Below, piece after piece: positions 1-11,681 of a stretch of DNA of 64,000 nucleotides (positions are counted from its first letter, which is position 1; each line of letters starts with the position of its first letter). This DNA is from Camelus dromedarius (taxonomy: Eukaryota). The stretch lies in NCBI RefSeq assembly GCF_036321535.1, contig NC_087437.1, positions 104,348,001-104,412,000 of the forward strand. Reading direction: 5' to 3'. Position numbers and translations under genes: made by a program. The notes under the pieces are model-generated. The model was given only the letters and a program-made list of their open reading frames with translations. It ran no database searches and had not been told where the DNA came from.

Positions 1-59
1 TAAACCCTTGGGATGTGGAGCTTGCTAGAAACAGAGATACACAGGATTTACTCAAGCCT

Positions 60-150
60 CTAGTGAATCTGTATCTTTGGATATAGGCAAGCAATCTACA
101 TGTTTAACGACCCCCAGATAATTTTATAGATGGCATATTTGAACTATTGG
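60..150. mobile_element. MER5-like hAT MITE remnant
   Basis: aatctacatgtttaacgacccccagataatttt...tttgaactattg resembles the MER5 end (aatctgcattttaacaag..ccccaggtgattct...tttgagaaccactg); very diverged. Confidence 0.4.
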
Positions 151-764
151 GTTAAGAAGTTTAAAAGTACTATTTATAAGACTCATTGTGAGAATAGCTT
201 ACAATTGCTGAAGAATGAAGTGTTAATTGAGCTTATTTCTTACATGAACTGATCTCATCATCACCAGAAGCATTATAGTTATTATCTAAATGTTAATGAT
301 GTAACTTTACTTACATAATTAGACAATTCTAGAGGACAATTCGATCCAATTGGGAAATAGGATTATGAGTCATCATATTCATGGTTATTTTACTTTTTAT
401 TCATTAAAATACAATGCTTCAGTGTAATTTTAGAAAACAGAAAGCCAATCTCTGAGTAGGATCCAAGATGGTTTCTAAAAAACTACCTACAACGTTTTGA
501 ATACAGTTTATGTAAGAGTGAACATAAAATGTATATTTCTTGTTTCAAATTAGCATGCATTCATTTCTTTAGTTGATGCTAGGTGAATTTACCAATTTTC
601 TATTTCCTTCTGTAAGTGTAAAAATATTTCAAAAGTATTCTCTAAAAATAAAAAATGATTCTTAAGGCCATTTAATGATATACCAGAATATATGTTTACA
701 TCAGCCTATTCAAATTCACTTTTGGTAAAAGTGAGACCGTTTTAATAGGTAATATTAACCAGTC

Positions 765-918
765 AATCCTCTCAAGCCCGCAAGGTAGGTAATGCTATTA
801 TCAGCAATTTAGAAGGAGAGAGTGACTTGTTGAAGCTCAGACTTATCATCATCAGACCACCTGAAATTTGAATCCAGGTAGTTTGATATCAGAATCTGCA
901 TGCCTAAACACCATACTC
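765..918 (-). mobile_element. MIR SINE fragment
   Basis: aatcctc...aggtaggtaatgctattatc...gtgacttg...atttgaatccaggtagtttga matches the reverse MIR core. Confidence 0.7.
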
Positions 919-1076
919 TAAATGCTTTGCAAAATTAAAGACAACACTTAACGGCAAATCTATGGCATTGAGTGTGCAAAGAATGAAACTTCACTTGTAC
1001 TCAGAATGAAAATATGGTAGGAATAAAAATCACTGCAAGCTTTTTTCCTTCTTCTTTTTTTTTTTTTTAAGTGAGG

Positions 1077-2414
1077 GAACCTATATGTAAAGCATAAAAC
1101 TGTAAAACTTGTAGAAGACAATTTAAGGGAAAAACTAGTTAACCTGAATTATGGTGATGACTTTTTAAATACATCACCAAAGGCATAATCCATGAAAGAA
1201 AGAATTGTTAAACTGAACTTCATTAAAATTAAAAACTTTTACTCTGAGAAAACAATGTCAAGATAATGAGAAGACAAGCCATAGATAGGGAGAAAATATC
1301 TAATAAAGAATCTAATAAAGAACATCTAATAAAGAACCATTATCCAAAATATAAAAAGGGCTCTTAAAACACAATAATGAGAAAACAAGCACCCCAACTG
1401 AAAAATGGGCCAAAAACCTTTACAGACACCTCACCAAAGAAGAAATACAGAAGACAAATAAGCATGTGAAAAAAATATTCCACACCATAGATCACTAGGA
1501 AATGCAAATTAATAACAATGAAATACCAGTATCTACCTATTAGAATGACCAAAGTCTAGAACACTGGCAACACCAAATATTGGCAAAAATGTGGAACAGC
1601 AGGAACTCTCATTCTTTGCTGGTGGAAATGAAAAAGGGTGGGGCTACTTTAGAAGAGTTTGGAAGCTTCTTACAAAACTAACCATGTTTTTATGCCAATA
1701 CTAGGAGGATCCATTGATAGTGTTCTTCCAAGTATTTATCCAAAAGAGTTGAAAACTTATGTCTCCAGAAAAATCCATCGATTTATGGACAATTTATTCA
1801 CAATTGTCAAAACCTGGAACCAACTATGATTTCTTTCAGTAGGCAAATGGATAATTGGCCTGTGGTACATCCAGACAATGAAAAATTATTCATCTCCTAA
1901 AAGAAATGAGCTATGAAACTGAGTTATCAACTCTTTTATCAAGCCAAACGACGTGGAGTAAACTTAAATGCATATGGCTAAGAGGATGAAGCCAGTCTGA
2001 GAGAGCTGCGGACTATTTGCTTTCATTATGTGATATTTTGGGCAAGGCAAAACTATGGAGACAGTAAAAAGACGAGTGATTGTCAGATGTCAAGGGGGAT
2101 AACGGAAATAGATAAGGGCACAGAAGATTTTCAGGCAGTAAAACTAGTCAGTATGATCATTTAATGTTGGATCCATGTCATTACATATTTGTTTAAACTT
2201 TTGTCCAGTGAGCTGTAATGTAAACTATAAATTTGGAGGGATTATGACATGTCAATGTAGTCTCATCAGTTGTTAACACATGTACCACTTTGGTGGGGGA
2301 TATTGATAATGGGGGAGGCTATGCATTTGTAGAGGCAGGAGTTTTATGGGAAATCTTTCTGCCTTCAGCTCACTTTTGCTGTCTTAAAAGTTCTCCAAAC
2401 AAAGTCTTTAAAAC
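1077..2414 (+). mobile_element. 5'-truncated L1MC (L1MC1/2-like): end of ORF2 plus 3' UTR
   Basis: Decayed ORF2 C-terminal sequence (aaatgggccaaaaacc, acaccaaatattggc), then the L1MC 3' UTR (taatgtaaactat...ttgataatgggggaggctatgca...tatgggaaatct). AAGTGAGG flanks it at 1069-1076 and 2415-2422. Confidence 0.9.
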
Positions 2415-2962
2415 AAGTGAGGCATACATAAAAATAGTCCAAATATTCTAAAACTCAATAAATAATTGAAGATTATGAGTCACTATTTTCTTGTAATTTT
2501 GAAAGTACTATCAATATTTTAATGAAACATAAATTATAATGTGTTTAAACTGGGATGATATAGATTTTATGCAACATCATTGAGGTTTTCAAAGTACTTT
2601 TATTTGTCTTTATAAAGTTAGAAAAATCTAAGGATAAACAAACGTGCATAACTATTGTGTGAATTATAATTTTTTCAAATTCAAATTTTTATTTTTTTTT
2701 AGGAATCTATGACTATTGGGAGATATGTTCAGATTTAAGAAAATAAATTATGTTAAAATGTTTTAATATAACATAATTTCTGGATTTTTCTAATAATTCT
2801 GATATAGGTTTTTAATACCAAAAATAATTGCAAAGTAATCATAAGCAAATGAAAACCCGTTATCATGATCTTGCATAAAATATTAAAGACCAAACTAATT
2901 TTATTTTTATATAAGTTGATCTATACATATTATAGGTAATGAAATTTTATGAACAATCCTTT

Positions 2963-2987
2963 GTGTGTGTGTGTGTGTGAGAGAGAG
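2963..2987. repeat. (GT)n(GA)n microsatellite
   Basis: direct reading. Confidence 0.9.
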
Positions 2988-3399
2988 GGGGAAAGTTAAT
3001 CATTTTAGCCTAAATTAAATTGATCAAAAAGTTGAACATTCACTTTAAAAGTACTATATCAAAACTATGTGCAATATGATTCAAATAGTAACAAATACAT
3101 AGATTTACATATCTTTCACAAAAGTAACCACATGTATGAGTATTTGTATATTCAGATATATATCTTTATCTATATGTCTATATTTATAAACATAATCTTT
3201 ATCAATGGCTATACAATAATTATAACTATATATTTGCAGTTTATGTATTTATATGACCATATGGGTAAATAAACCTATAATTAATGTATATTTTACTATA
3301 TATATAGTGTATAAAATAATACATATAGTTGTAGATATTTGTATCTTAAATAAATTCACCGCTTTAAGGTGTTTATTTTTGTAAAGTGAAATTTCAAGT

Positions 3400-3480
3400 A
3401 AATGTTATGGTCTTCCTTATACCTGCCTAATTTTTCTAAATTTTCTACAGTAATTGTGTACTGTTTTCATCACTCAAAAT
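3400..3480 (+). mobile_element. old L1ME 3' end remnant
   Basis: tttttctaaattttctacagtaattgtgtactgttttcat resembles the L1ME terminus. Confidence 0.45.
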
Positions 3481-3514
3481 GTTCTTTGTTGTTTTGCTAA
3501 ATATCATTTTCAAA

Positions 3515-3645
3515 GACCAATACAGGTGAAGATGGAGGCTGTGACCAGATGATGGTGGAGGGGACTAAATTTTAATATATATGATTTATTAAGATCCATT
3601 CATCAGGTATTAGAGATTGATTTTAGAATGGGGGAGAAAGAGAAA
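3515..3645 (-). mobile_element. L2 fragment
   Basis: caggtgaagatggaggctgtgaccagatgatggtggag resembles the purine-rich reverse strand of L2. Confidence 0.5.
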
Positions 3646-3809
3646 CTGAAAGACAGAAACAGAGACATACGGGGACCAAGTGATAGTGTCAGAAACAAAA
3701 TGCAATGCACAGATCTCAACACTGGGAGAAATTGTTCATTTACTCCATTTACATGCCTAATTCTAACATTATACAATTTAAAACTACCTTGATTAATTGA
3801 AATTTAACC

Positions 3810-4553
3810 TGTGAAATCAATAGGAATTTTTCACCCTGCTTCTACAAGAGTCAGTACAAATTGAACAAGAAAAAAAAAATTTCCCTTTTAAAAATAAAGG
3901 ATAAGATTTGCCCTATTTATTCCCTTTTCCTTGAGCATTTACTTTATAATAATTTTAAAGTATTTCTCTGTTTCTTTGAAATGCATGCAAAATTTTTTTA
4001 AAGCTAAATGCTCACTTTTGACCTAGTGCTCACTTATAGTCCAGGAATGTCTTTCTCAAAAAACTGGGAGCCACCTCTTGAAATGTAATCATCAAGGAAG
4101 ATAGAGGCCCCAAGTCCCAGTTTCTGTAGGAGGTTAGGAGCCTGACTTCCGCAGGGGATTTGCTCTGACGTGAAAAGTACTTCCTGTCATAAAAATATGA
4201 GAAGTTATTTTTTTCTTTTAAACAAAGTCAATTGCCAGCACAGGTGGTTTCTCTAAATACCAAGTGAGTTTAGAATGAATTATGTGTGACAAACGGTGCC
4301 ATCAGGTTCTCTACTTGAGAACCAGTGATTGCTTATCTTGACAGCATGCATGGAATGGGTTGTATCTATTTAGCTATGAAAACCATGAGGGTTTTCCTGC
4401 TTTTGCAACTTCTTACAGGTTGCCTGTGAAGCTCATCCCATTCTATTATTGAATGCTTATTCAATAATGGAACTATTTTATTTCTCATCTATATTTGTGG
4501 AGAGGCATTCTGATTTGGGAGGAGATTTTGATTTTAATTATATTTTCCACAAC
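3810..4553 (+). mobile_element. ERV1 solo LTR, MER34/MER39-like
   Basis: ccaggaatgtctttctcaa...gggagccacctcttgaaatgtaatcatcaaggaagatag...cccagtttctgtaggagg..aggagcctgacttc; ends ttttccacaaca; 5' limit approximate. Confidence 0.7.
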
Positions 4554-6199
4554 ACTTCCAACTGCTAATTCATTTCAGCTGTTTGCATTATGACATAATA
4601 ATGGTGAGGTAATTTTTTTTAATTTCCTGATTTGCTTTTTATGGAAACCTCCAAAGCCTCAAATGTTTCTAAAATATGAGCTGTAAATTTTAAACGATCA
4701 GAATTTGTATAAGCATCATCTTAAGTAAGTTTGTTTTCATTTTTAATTTTTTAAATTACATTGGTTCATGGAAACATAAGGCAGTATCCTAGAAGAAAAA
4801 AAAATGAATGATGGCAAAAATGTAATAATTAACAGGACTTAAAACAAAATATTATTTATGTTTATGGTTATCATTAATTGACAGGTATAATGGCATTACT
4901 CTCTGTTCTCTCATCCTTCAATCCACTTCTTTTTACCATCAGAACGTTCATTGACATGATACTCAGTAGAATTGCAGTAGTTTTCAAAAAATAGATGTCA
5001 TTTTATTGGAAAAGAGATCATTGCATTTACCTAGACAATAGTGATTTGTTACATTTTTCTCTGGTATTCTATTTTTGTGTCATTATTAATAATCGTTGTG
5101 TACAGCTAACCAAGACAGCAGGTGTGATGTCCTGTAAAAGACGAGGTGAAATCATTTGAGACATGACTTTCCATTGTCATCATTTGTCATTTTTCATCAT
5201 ATTTAAGATAATATGGTGTTTAAAATTAATATTTGCAGACAAAGGGCTAGGAACCATAAAGACAATAATGAATAGAGTTCTTTAAAACAGAAAAAAAAGA
5301 AGATTGAAGTCACAGAACTCTGGATATTAATTAAATGTTAAGACTAAAAACATTTTGCTATCATCATAGACTTAAGAATTTGGTAATTGCATGATTAGAA
5401 CTGCATGGATTAAAAAAAATACTCCTTAGTTATACAAGTCATGCTTCAGACTCTTGCACATAGTTCATAAAATATGTGCAAAGGACCAATATTATTTTCT
5501 ATGCATGAGAAAAATGTTTGTTATGAGTGAAAAGCATGTTTTCATGTTATTAATAGCTAGAATGCTAATACTACCAAAATTAATCCCATTCTTTGCTCTG
5601 TAAAAATAACTGGATATTGTAGGAAAGACGTTTAAGCTTAGTTCCCTCCCTCCAGATGACTTCCTTTATCTTTAAACATGTTCATCGAAGCAGTTATTGA
5701 GATTCAAGGAGAAAGTTTTCAGTGGGTATTTCTCCTCACAGTCATTTAAAGTTGTTTTTTATATTGTTGATATAGTTAAATATGGCTCTATAAAAAGGTT
5801 TTAAAGAAGATTTATTTAGTAAATATATTTATCTCCTAAGACATGCCTTCTATTGATGTCTACATTTTGTTGGTCACTAATGTTCACAAACAAATCGATG
5901 TTAATTTTTATTTGACAAAACTACACATGCCAGGAATGCATTTCTAAATTTGAGTTTGTGAACTTTTACAATATGGTGAGCAAAAGAATTTTGCAATAAA
6001 TCAATTCTGACAAAATAATGAACTGATTATATAGGTGATAAACCTAATAAATAGTAATAATTAAATCAATTAAATTTACCAAGGGGACCATAAATAATGA
6101 CACCTCATAAAAGTAGGAAATATTTAATTACACGTTCTCCTCTTCAGAAACAAATTACTGAATGAAATCGTTTGGGGTTGATTAAATCATTGTATTATG

Positions 6200-6600
6200 A
6201 CATAGTTATTGCTGGTTGAAACAGAAGCTCAAAATAAGAAATGACTTACACACAATATTTGTGTTCTATCTCGCTTAGCAATCTAGACTTGTATGAAGGT
6301 TACACATCATGAGTGTGTCCAGGGACCCACTCCCCTGCTATGGTTTTGCTCTGCCATCCCTAGCATGTTGCCTTTTTCTGTGAGGTCAGTGCTATCTCAT
6401 TTGCATGTCTCGTGTCATAAGAAAGAGGAACAGAAGGGAAGTCATTCCTCCTTAAGGGAAATACCAGCAAGTGAACAGAAGAACTATCCCTTCTATACAA
6501 TTGGCCACTCCTAGTCACATTGCCATACCTGCCATTTAATGCAAGTACAGAACAGGAGCTTATTTTTCTAGAAAATAGTATGGCCAGTGCCTCCCAATAC
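6200..6600 (-). mobile_element. MaLR LTR (old MLT1, J/K/L-type)
   Basis: ccagggaccc...ttgctctgccatccctagcatg...ttggccactcctagtcacattgccatacc matches the reverse MLT1 pattern. Confidence 0.65.
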
Positions 6601-6675
6601 CAAATTTAAATAAATCCACCATAATACAAAAGAAAGCAAAACAAAATAAACATCCAGAAACAAAAACAAATAAAA

Positions 6676-6694
6676 CACACACACACACACACAC
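6676..6694. repeat. (AC)n microsatellite
   Basis: direct reading. Confidence 0.9.
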
Positions 6695-8326
6695 AACTAC
6701 CCCTCAAACTCAGTCTTTTAATACAAAGAGGGAAAGGAGAAAAAAAAAAAACTAAAATTGAGGGAAAATTAGCAATCTTTGGGACAATCAAAACAAGTAG
6801 AGAGAATACTGAAACAAATTACTTGTATTTCATATGAAAATTCATCAGGATTAGTTTAATACAGTGTAGTGACTCAAACTATTTAGGCACCAATAAGTTT
6901 TTTTTTTCAGTCAAAAAACAGCCAATCAACTGATTTTAATATTTAAACACTGAAAATAATCCTATCATGCTGTTATCTTTGGAATTACAAATACTCTGAA
7001 AAATCTTATAATAGTAAATATAACGTGGCTCAGAGGATCAGAAGATGTAGAAGGAGAAGATTTTATATATCATAAAGTTGAAAAATTCAGTTAATCTGAT
7101 TATTCAGGGTGGCAGAATGATGCATTATGAAAGATTCTCAGTGATGACAACTTTCTGTAAACTGATAATTAAAAAAATGACTAAAATACAGTACAATTAG
7201 TCTTTATCACATGAAACATTGCAAAATATAGAATTAAGTGATTTTAATGTAAAGTAAGGGTATTATAAAACATTCAAAATGAAACTAAAGTAAAATTTTA
7301 TATAATACATTCATAACTGATCAGTTTTATAATAAAGTTCTAATTTTCATCTCCTCTTCTGAGGAAGTTAGGATAATAAACATGCCCACATGCACAGTCT
7401 GATTCTCCATCCTAGTCTGATACTTCACCGTAGCACAGGGGAAGATACCATTGTGATTCTCATGCTGAGATCTAAATTTCCATATCAAGATTATTGCCAC
7501 ATCAAGGTAACTTTCTTGCTGATATTCTTTTTGGAAAGACAAAAATAAATTTTTAGGGTGAAATGCTGTATGTCTCGATATAAAGTAGATTACACAGTTT
7601 TATATATTCCTCAAATCTCATCACACTATACACTTAATTATTTTTTTATTTTTCTTTATACAAATTAAAATTCAATGAAATAATTAATTCCAAGGTGTGT
7701 AGGGAGGTGGGGCATGTTTTTAAAGTAAATACTTTGTTATCTCATCGTATAAAGTTAATTTAACATATGTTAAAGCTCAAAGTCACTTTTCCTTTGAATG
7801 ACATTACTTAAAAGAGAGCAATCCATCCATGATACTCCAATGATATTCTATTAAAATATTATTATAAAATAATTTAAAATTTATTTACAAAACCAGATAA
7901 TTAACAGATTATAAAACTTATAAAACTTCTAACTAGTAAAGCATAATTATTACTTAATCACATTCAAAAGTATTGTTATAACAAAAGTATTATTATTATT
8001 AAAACAAAATTGTCTCTAATATTAAACCAGAAAGAAATAAGTGGCTTTAGTTTTCATACATTGCTCATCAGCAAACACCTCATGTGACAGTCATTATTTG
8101 AGAAAGTTCTTCTGACATACCTCAAATTCCCTAAGGTACCAAATTTACAATACTCATACAGCAGAGATATGTTTGGAAAGTGGTGTTATAAGATGGAGAA
8201 ATCGTTAAAATAATATTTTACCTTTAAAATTTTGCTGGCTAGAAAGATAAGAATCTCAGATAATAGAAAAAATTATTTAACAAAGCTAATAAAACTTTGT
8301 GGGGCATGATATGATAAAGAATTACA

Positions 8327-8432
8327 TGTGACAATGAATATATATATGTTCATGTATAACTGAAAAATTGTGCTCTACACTGGAATTTGATACATTGTAA
8401 AATGATTATAAATCAATAAAAAATGTTAAAAA
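8327..8432 (+). mobile_element. young lineage-specific L1 3' tail (about 106 bp)
   Basis: Near-identical to 53717-53826; AATAAA plus A tail; perfect TSD AAAGAATTACA at 8316-8326 and 8433-8443. Confidence 0.92.
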
Positions 8433-9034
8433 AAAGAATTACAATGTAATGATGTTTCTATTTAATAGTTATATATGTAATTTTTATTTTTACTGAATCA
8501 ATAATTCTTTAAAATGTTTAAAACTATATTTGCTTATTTTAATATTTATTATAGAATGTAATGAAAACAATATTTTATAAACTAGACCCTTATTAAAATC
8601 CTTTCTCTAGAGTTCATTTCATGGGCATAACACATAGATGAAGATAAACTATAATGAGGCCCTAGATAATTTCTGGAGCTAATTCTCTCTGGAGAGCCAT
8701 AAGATAAATTGACCTTATACAGAAATATTCTCTCTATTGCATTGCAAGTTAACACTATTGATATTTCAACACCCTTAGAAATCACATCATATGAGAATAA
8801 AACATCAATATTTTAGACCCCTAAAATTCTACTTTATCTAGTTCAACATTTTGCAGATGTACACTGAGGGCTAGATAGATTTGGCTTCTAGCTAGATCTG
8901 CTCCATTAGTTCCTCTTTGGACCTTCAGCTGAGGTAGGTTTCCCTCAGGGCAAATGATAGGAAGTCAGACTATAGAAGCATATTATACAAAAGAAAAAAA
9001 ATGATGACTAATCATTCAGTCCTCTGCCATTCAG

Positions 9035-9325
9035 AAAGTGCAAGATGTCCTGACCATGGTTAAGACTTTTTCATTCTGAGTGAGACATGAAGCTGTGATA
9101 GAATTGGGAGCAAAAACACCTATTATCTGACTTTTGTCCTGAAAAAAACTATTCTGGTTATCTTTTGAAGAGTCATGTCATGGAGGAAGGGAAGAAATTG
9201 GGATCTTATAATAACCCAGGTGAGAACTGGCCAAATCTAAGACCAGGGGTAATTTTTAAAAAAAAATAATGAAAATTAGTGAAAACTGAGATTCAGGATA
9301 TATTTTGAAGGTAAAAATAATAAAA
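9035..9325 (-). mobile_element. L2 fragment
   Basis: gaccatggttaagacttttt..ttctgagtgag...ccaggtgaga...gattcaggatatattttgaaggta. Confidence 0.7.
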
Positions 9326-9337
9326 TTTCATCAATTA

Positions 9338-10985
9338 TCCATTCAACAAATATTTACTGAGAGCTATGTGCCACTATCCAAAGCTTGTGGGATACATTAA
9401 TTGACAAAACAAATGGTAATTACCAATAACATAGAGCATTCTGGTGAAGATAGTAAGAGACAATGTAAATGAGGAAAGATACAGTATTTTAGGCGGTGAT
9501 AAGTACTAAGTAGGAAAATAAATCATGGAAAAAAATATAAAACTTTTATTTTAGGAAAAGTTGGATACAGATGAAGTTATGTAGGGCGGGACATAATGGA
9601 GACTTCACTGAGAAGCTGACTTTTTAATACAGAACTAGTTATAGATACCTGGATAACTAGTATCCAGGCAAGTGTAAAAATCCTCGGCCTGGATCCTACA
9701 TACTACTGTGTTCCAGGGCAGAAAAACAAAAAGACCCCAATGAGACTAGTGTGTAGTGAAAAAACGGAAACGCCTGAAAGAGATCAAGAGTTATCATAAT
9801 CCAAATCTAGGATGGCCATGCAGGTCCTGATAAGCACTGTATTGGGGTTGTCCAACAAAACAGAACCAGTAGAATATAAATGAAGATTTATTATAAGGAA
9901 TTGGATCACATGATTATGGAGGCTGAGAAGACGCTGGAGAGTCAGTGGTATAAATTCCAATCTGAGTTGGAAGGCCTGAGCAATCAAGGAGTGTCAATGG
10001 CCTAAGTTACAGGTCAAAAGCAGGGGAAGACCAATGTCCCAAATGAAAGGTCAGGCAGAGAAAGCAAATTCTCTCTTTATTCTATTCAGGCCCTGAATTG
10101 ACTGTTTGATCACCACCCATGTTTGGAGGCAGTTGTTTTATTTAGTCTACTGATTTAAATGCTAATTTCATGCAGAAACACGTTCACAAACACACCCGGA
10201 ATACTGTTTAGCCAAATGTCTGGGCACCCTGGGGTCCAAGCAAGCTGACATAATATTAACCATCACAAGCACATTAGCCTTTTCTCTGTATGAGATAAGA
10301 AATCATGGAAGATTTTTCTCTAGACGGGATATCCAGGTGCTATTTGGGGAATAAAAAGGTAGAATAAAAGAGAAGGAGATTGGTGGTGGTTTGAGTCAAC
10401 TAGCAAAAGTAAAAAATTTGGAAGGTATATATACAAAATATACATATACAAAATACAGAGAGTTAAGATGCTTCTACTAGAATAGTAACAGTGGGAATGG
10501 TGAGATGTGGTTAAATTCTGGATGCACTCTGAAATAAAAGTAGCAGTGATAAGATTTTCTGAAAAAAAATCAGATGAGATGTTTAAGGAAAGGGATTAAT
10601 AATGACACCAGCTCTTTTCTTCCAAAATACTGGAAAGTTAATGTCACTATTTGATGACACGAAGAAGACTAAGGGGAAATTAGCTACATGTTATATCTGG
10701 GTAAAGACATATAACTTTTATTTGAATTGAGACCATTATTAGACACTCAAACAAAGCTGCTAAAAGAGAGCTGGATTTCTTGAGTTTGGATTTTGGAAAA
10801 GGGGTCTGGGCTAGAGATCTAATTAGGGAATTATTAGTATTAGGTGATCATCAAATCTATGATATACTATGAGATCATCTAAGTAGTGAATTTAAGTATA
10901 GAAGTAATGAAGTCTGAGTCCACAGAGGGATCTGAAATACCCCAAAACTTAGATATTGGGAAGATTATGAGGTTCTACAAAAAGA
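9338..10985 (-). mobile_element. L2 (3' end at left), interrupted by an MLT2 LTR
   Basis: cattcaacaaatatttactgag is the reverse L2 terminus. L2 sequence resumes after 10272 (ggggtctgggctagagat, gagatcatctaag). Confidence 0.8.
9838..10267 (-). mobile_element. ERVL solo LTR, MLT2C/D-like
   Basis: tgtattggggttgtcc...acagaacca...atgattatggaggctgagaag...ttaaccatcaca; TG..CA ends; perfect 5-bp TSD AGCAC at 9833-9837 and 10268-10272. Confidence 0.92.
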
Positions 10986-11681
10986 CATTTGTGAACGGCT
11001 GTTAAACATTAAAAACATATTTTATGCAATAACTTAGAAATATTTAGTTTCAAGTTTTGGACCTTAGAATTCACCTAGGAAAATAGTGAGAAGTAAGCAG
11101 TCTATTACAAGTTCTACATAATGTATGACATGCATATTTTATCATTCAAAGTGCCACAAAACAATTTCTAATGCTGATTGCTGTGTTAATACCGTAATTT
11201 AATTTCATGTCTGCTTATTTACACATGATATTTGTAAGCTTTTCAGCATTAGTCCTTATAAATCTAGAATTGTTTTACTGGAAATGCACCTCTATTTTCA
11301 AATGAGAGTGAGTGGGAACTATTACTTCGTTAATATGTAAATGTATCATAACCATTTTAAAAATATATTTGGTCTTATCACTTAATCTCTACCACTTTCA
11401 TTACTATTTATTTGTATAAATTCACATGAATTAATGAATTACTATAATAGCCTACTATGCTGATGCAAGCTATCTTTTCCCCAATGCCCATTTTCTACAA
11501 TGGTGGCTTCTAACTTTTCATCCTTCTATAGAGTCAATTTTAAAGATAAGACAGATATTTGATACTATCCATTGCCTTTAAAGTTTTCACCACCAAGTTC
11601 TGTTTATCTGCACTTATATATTTTCATTTTCCTTATTGGATAAAGATTAACTAGCATACAATATTTTCTCTATAACTTACC

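Noticed and set aside
7416..7506. Possible coding exon (tcctAG ... AAG|gtaact) with one open frame
   Set aside because: The acceptor is weak, the peptide is unrecognised, and there are no partner exons.
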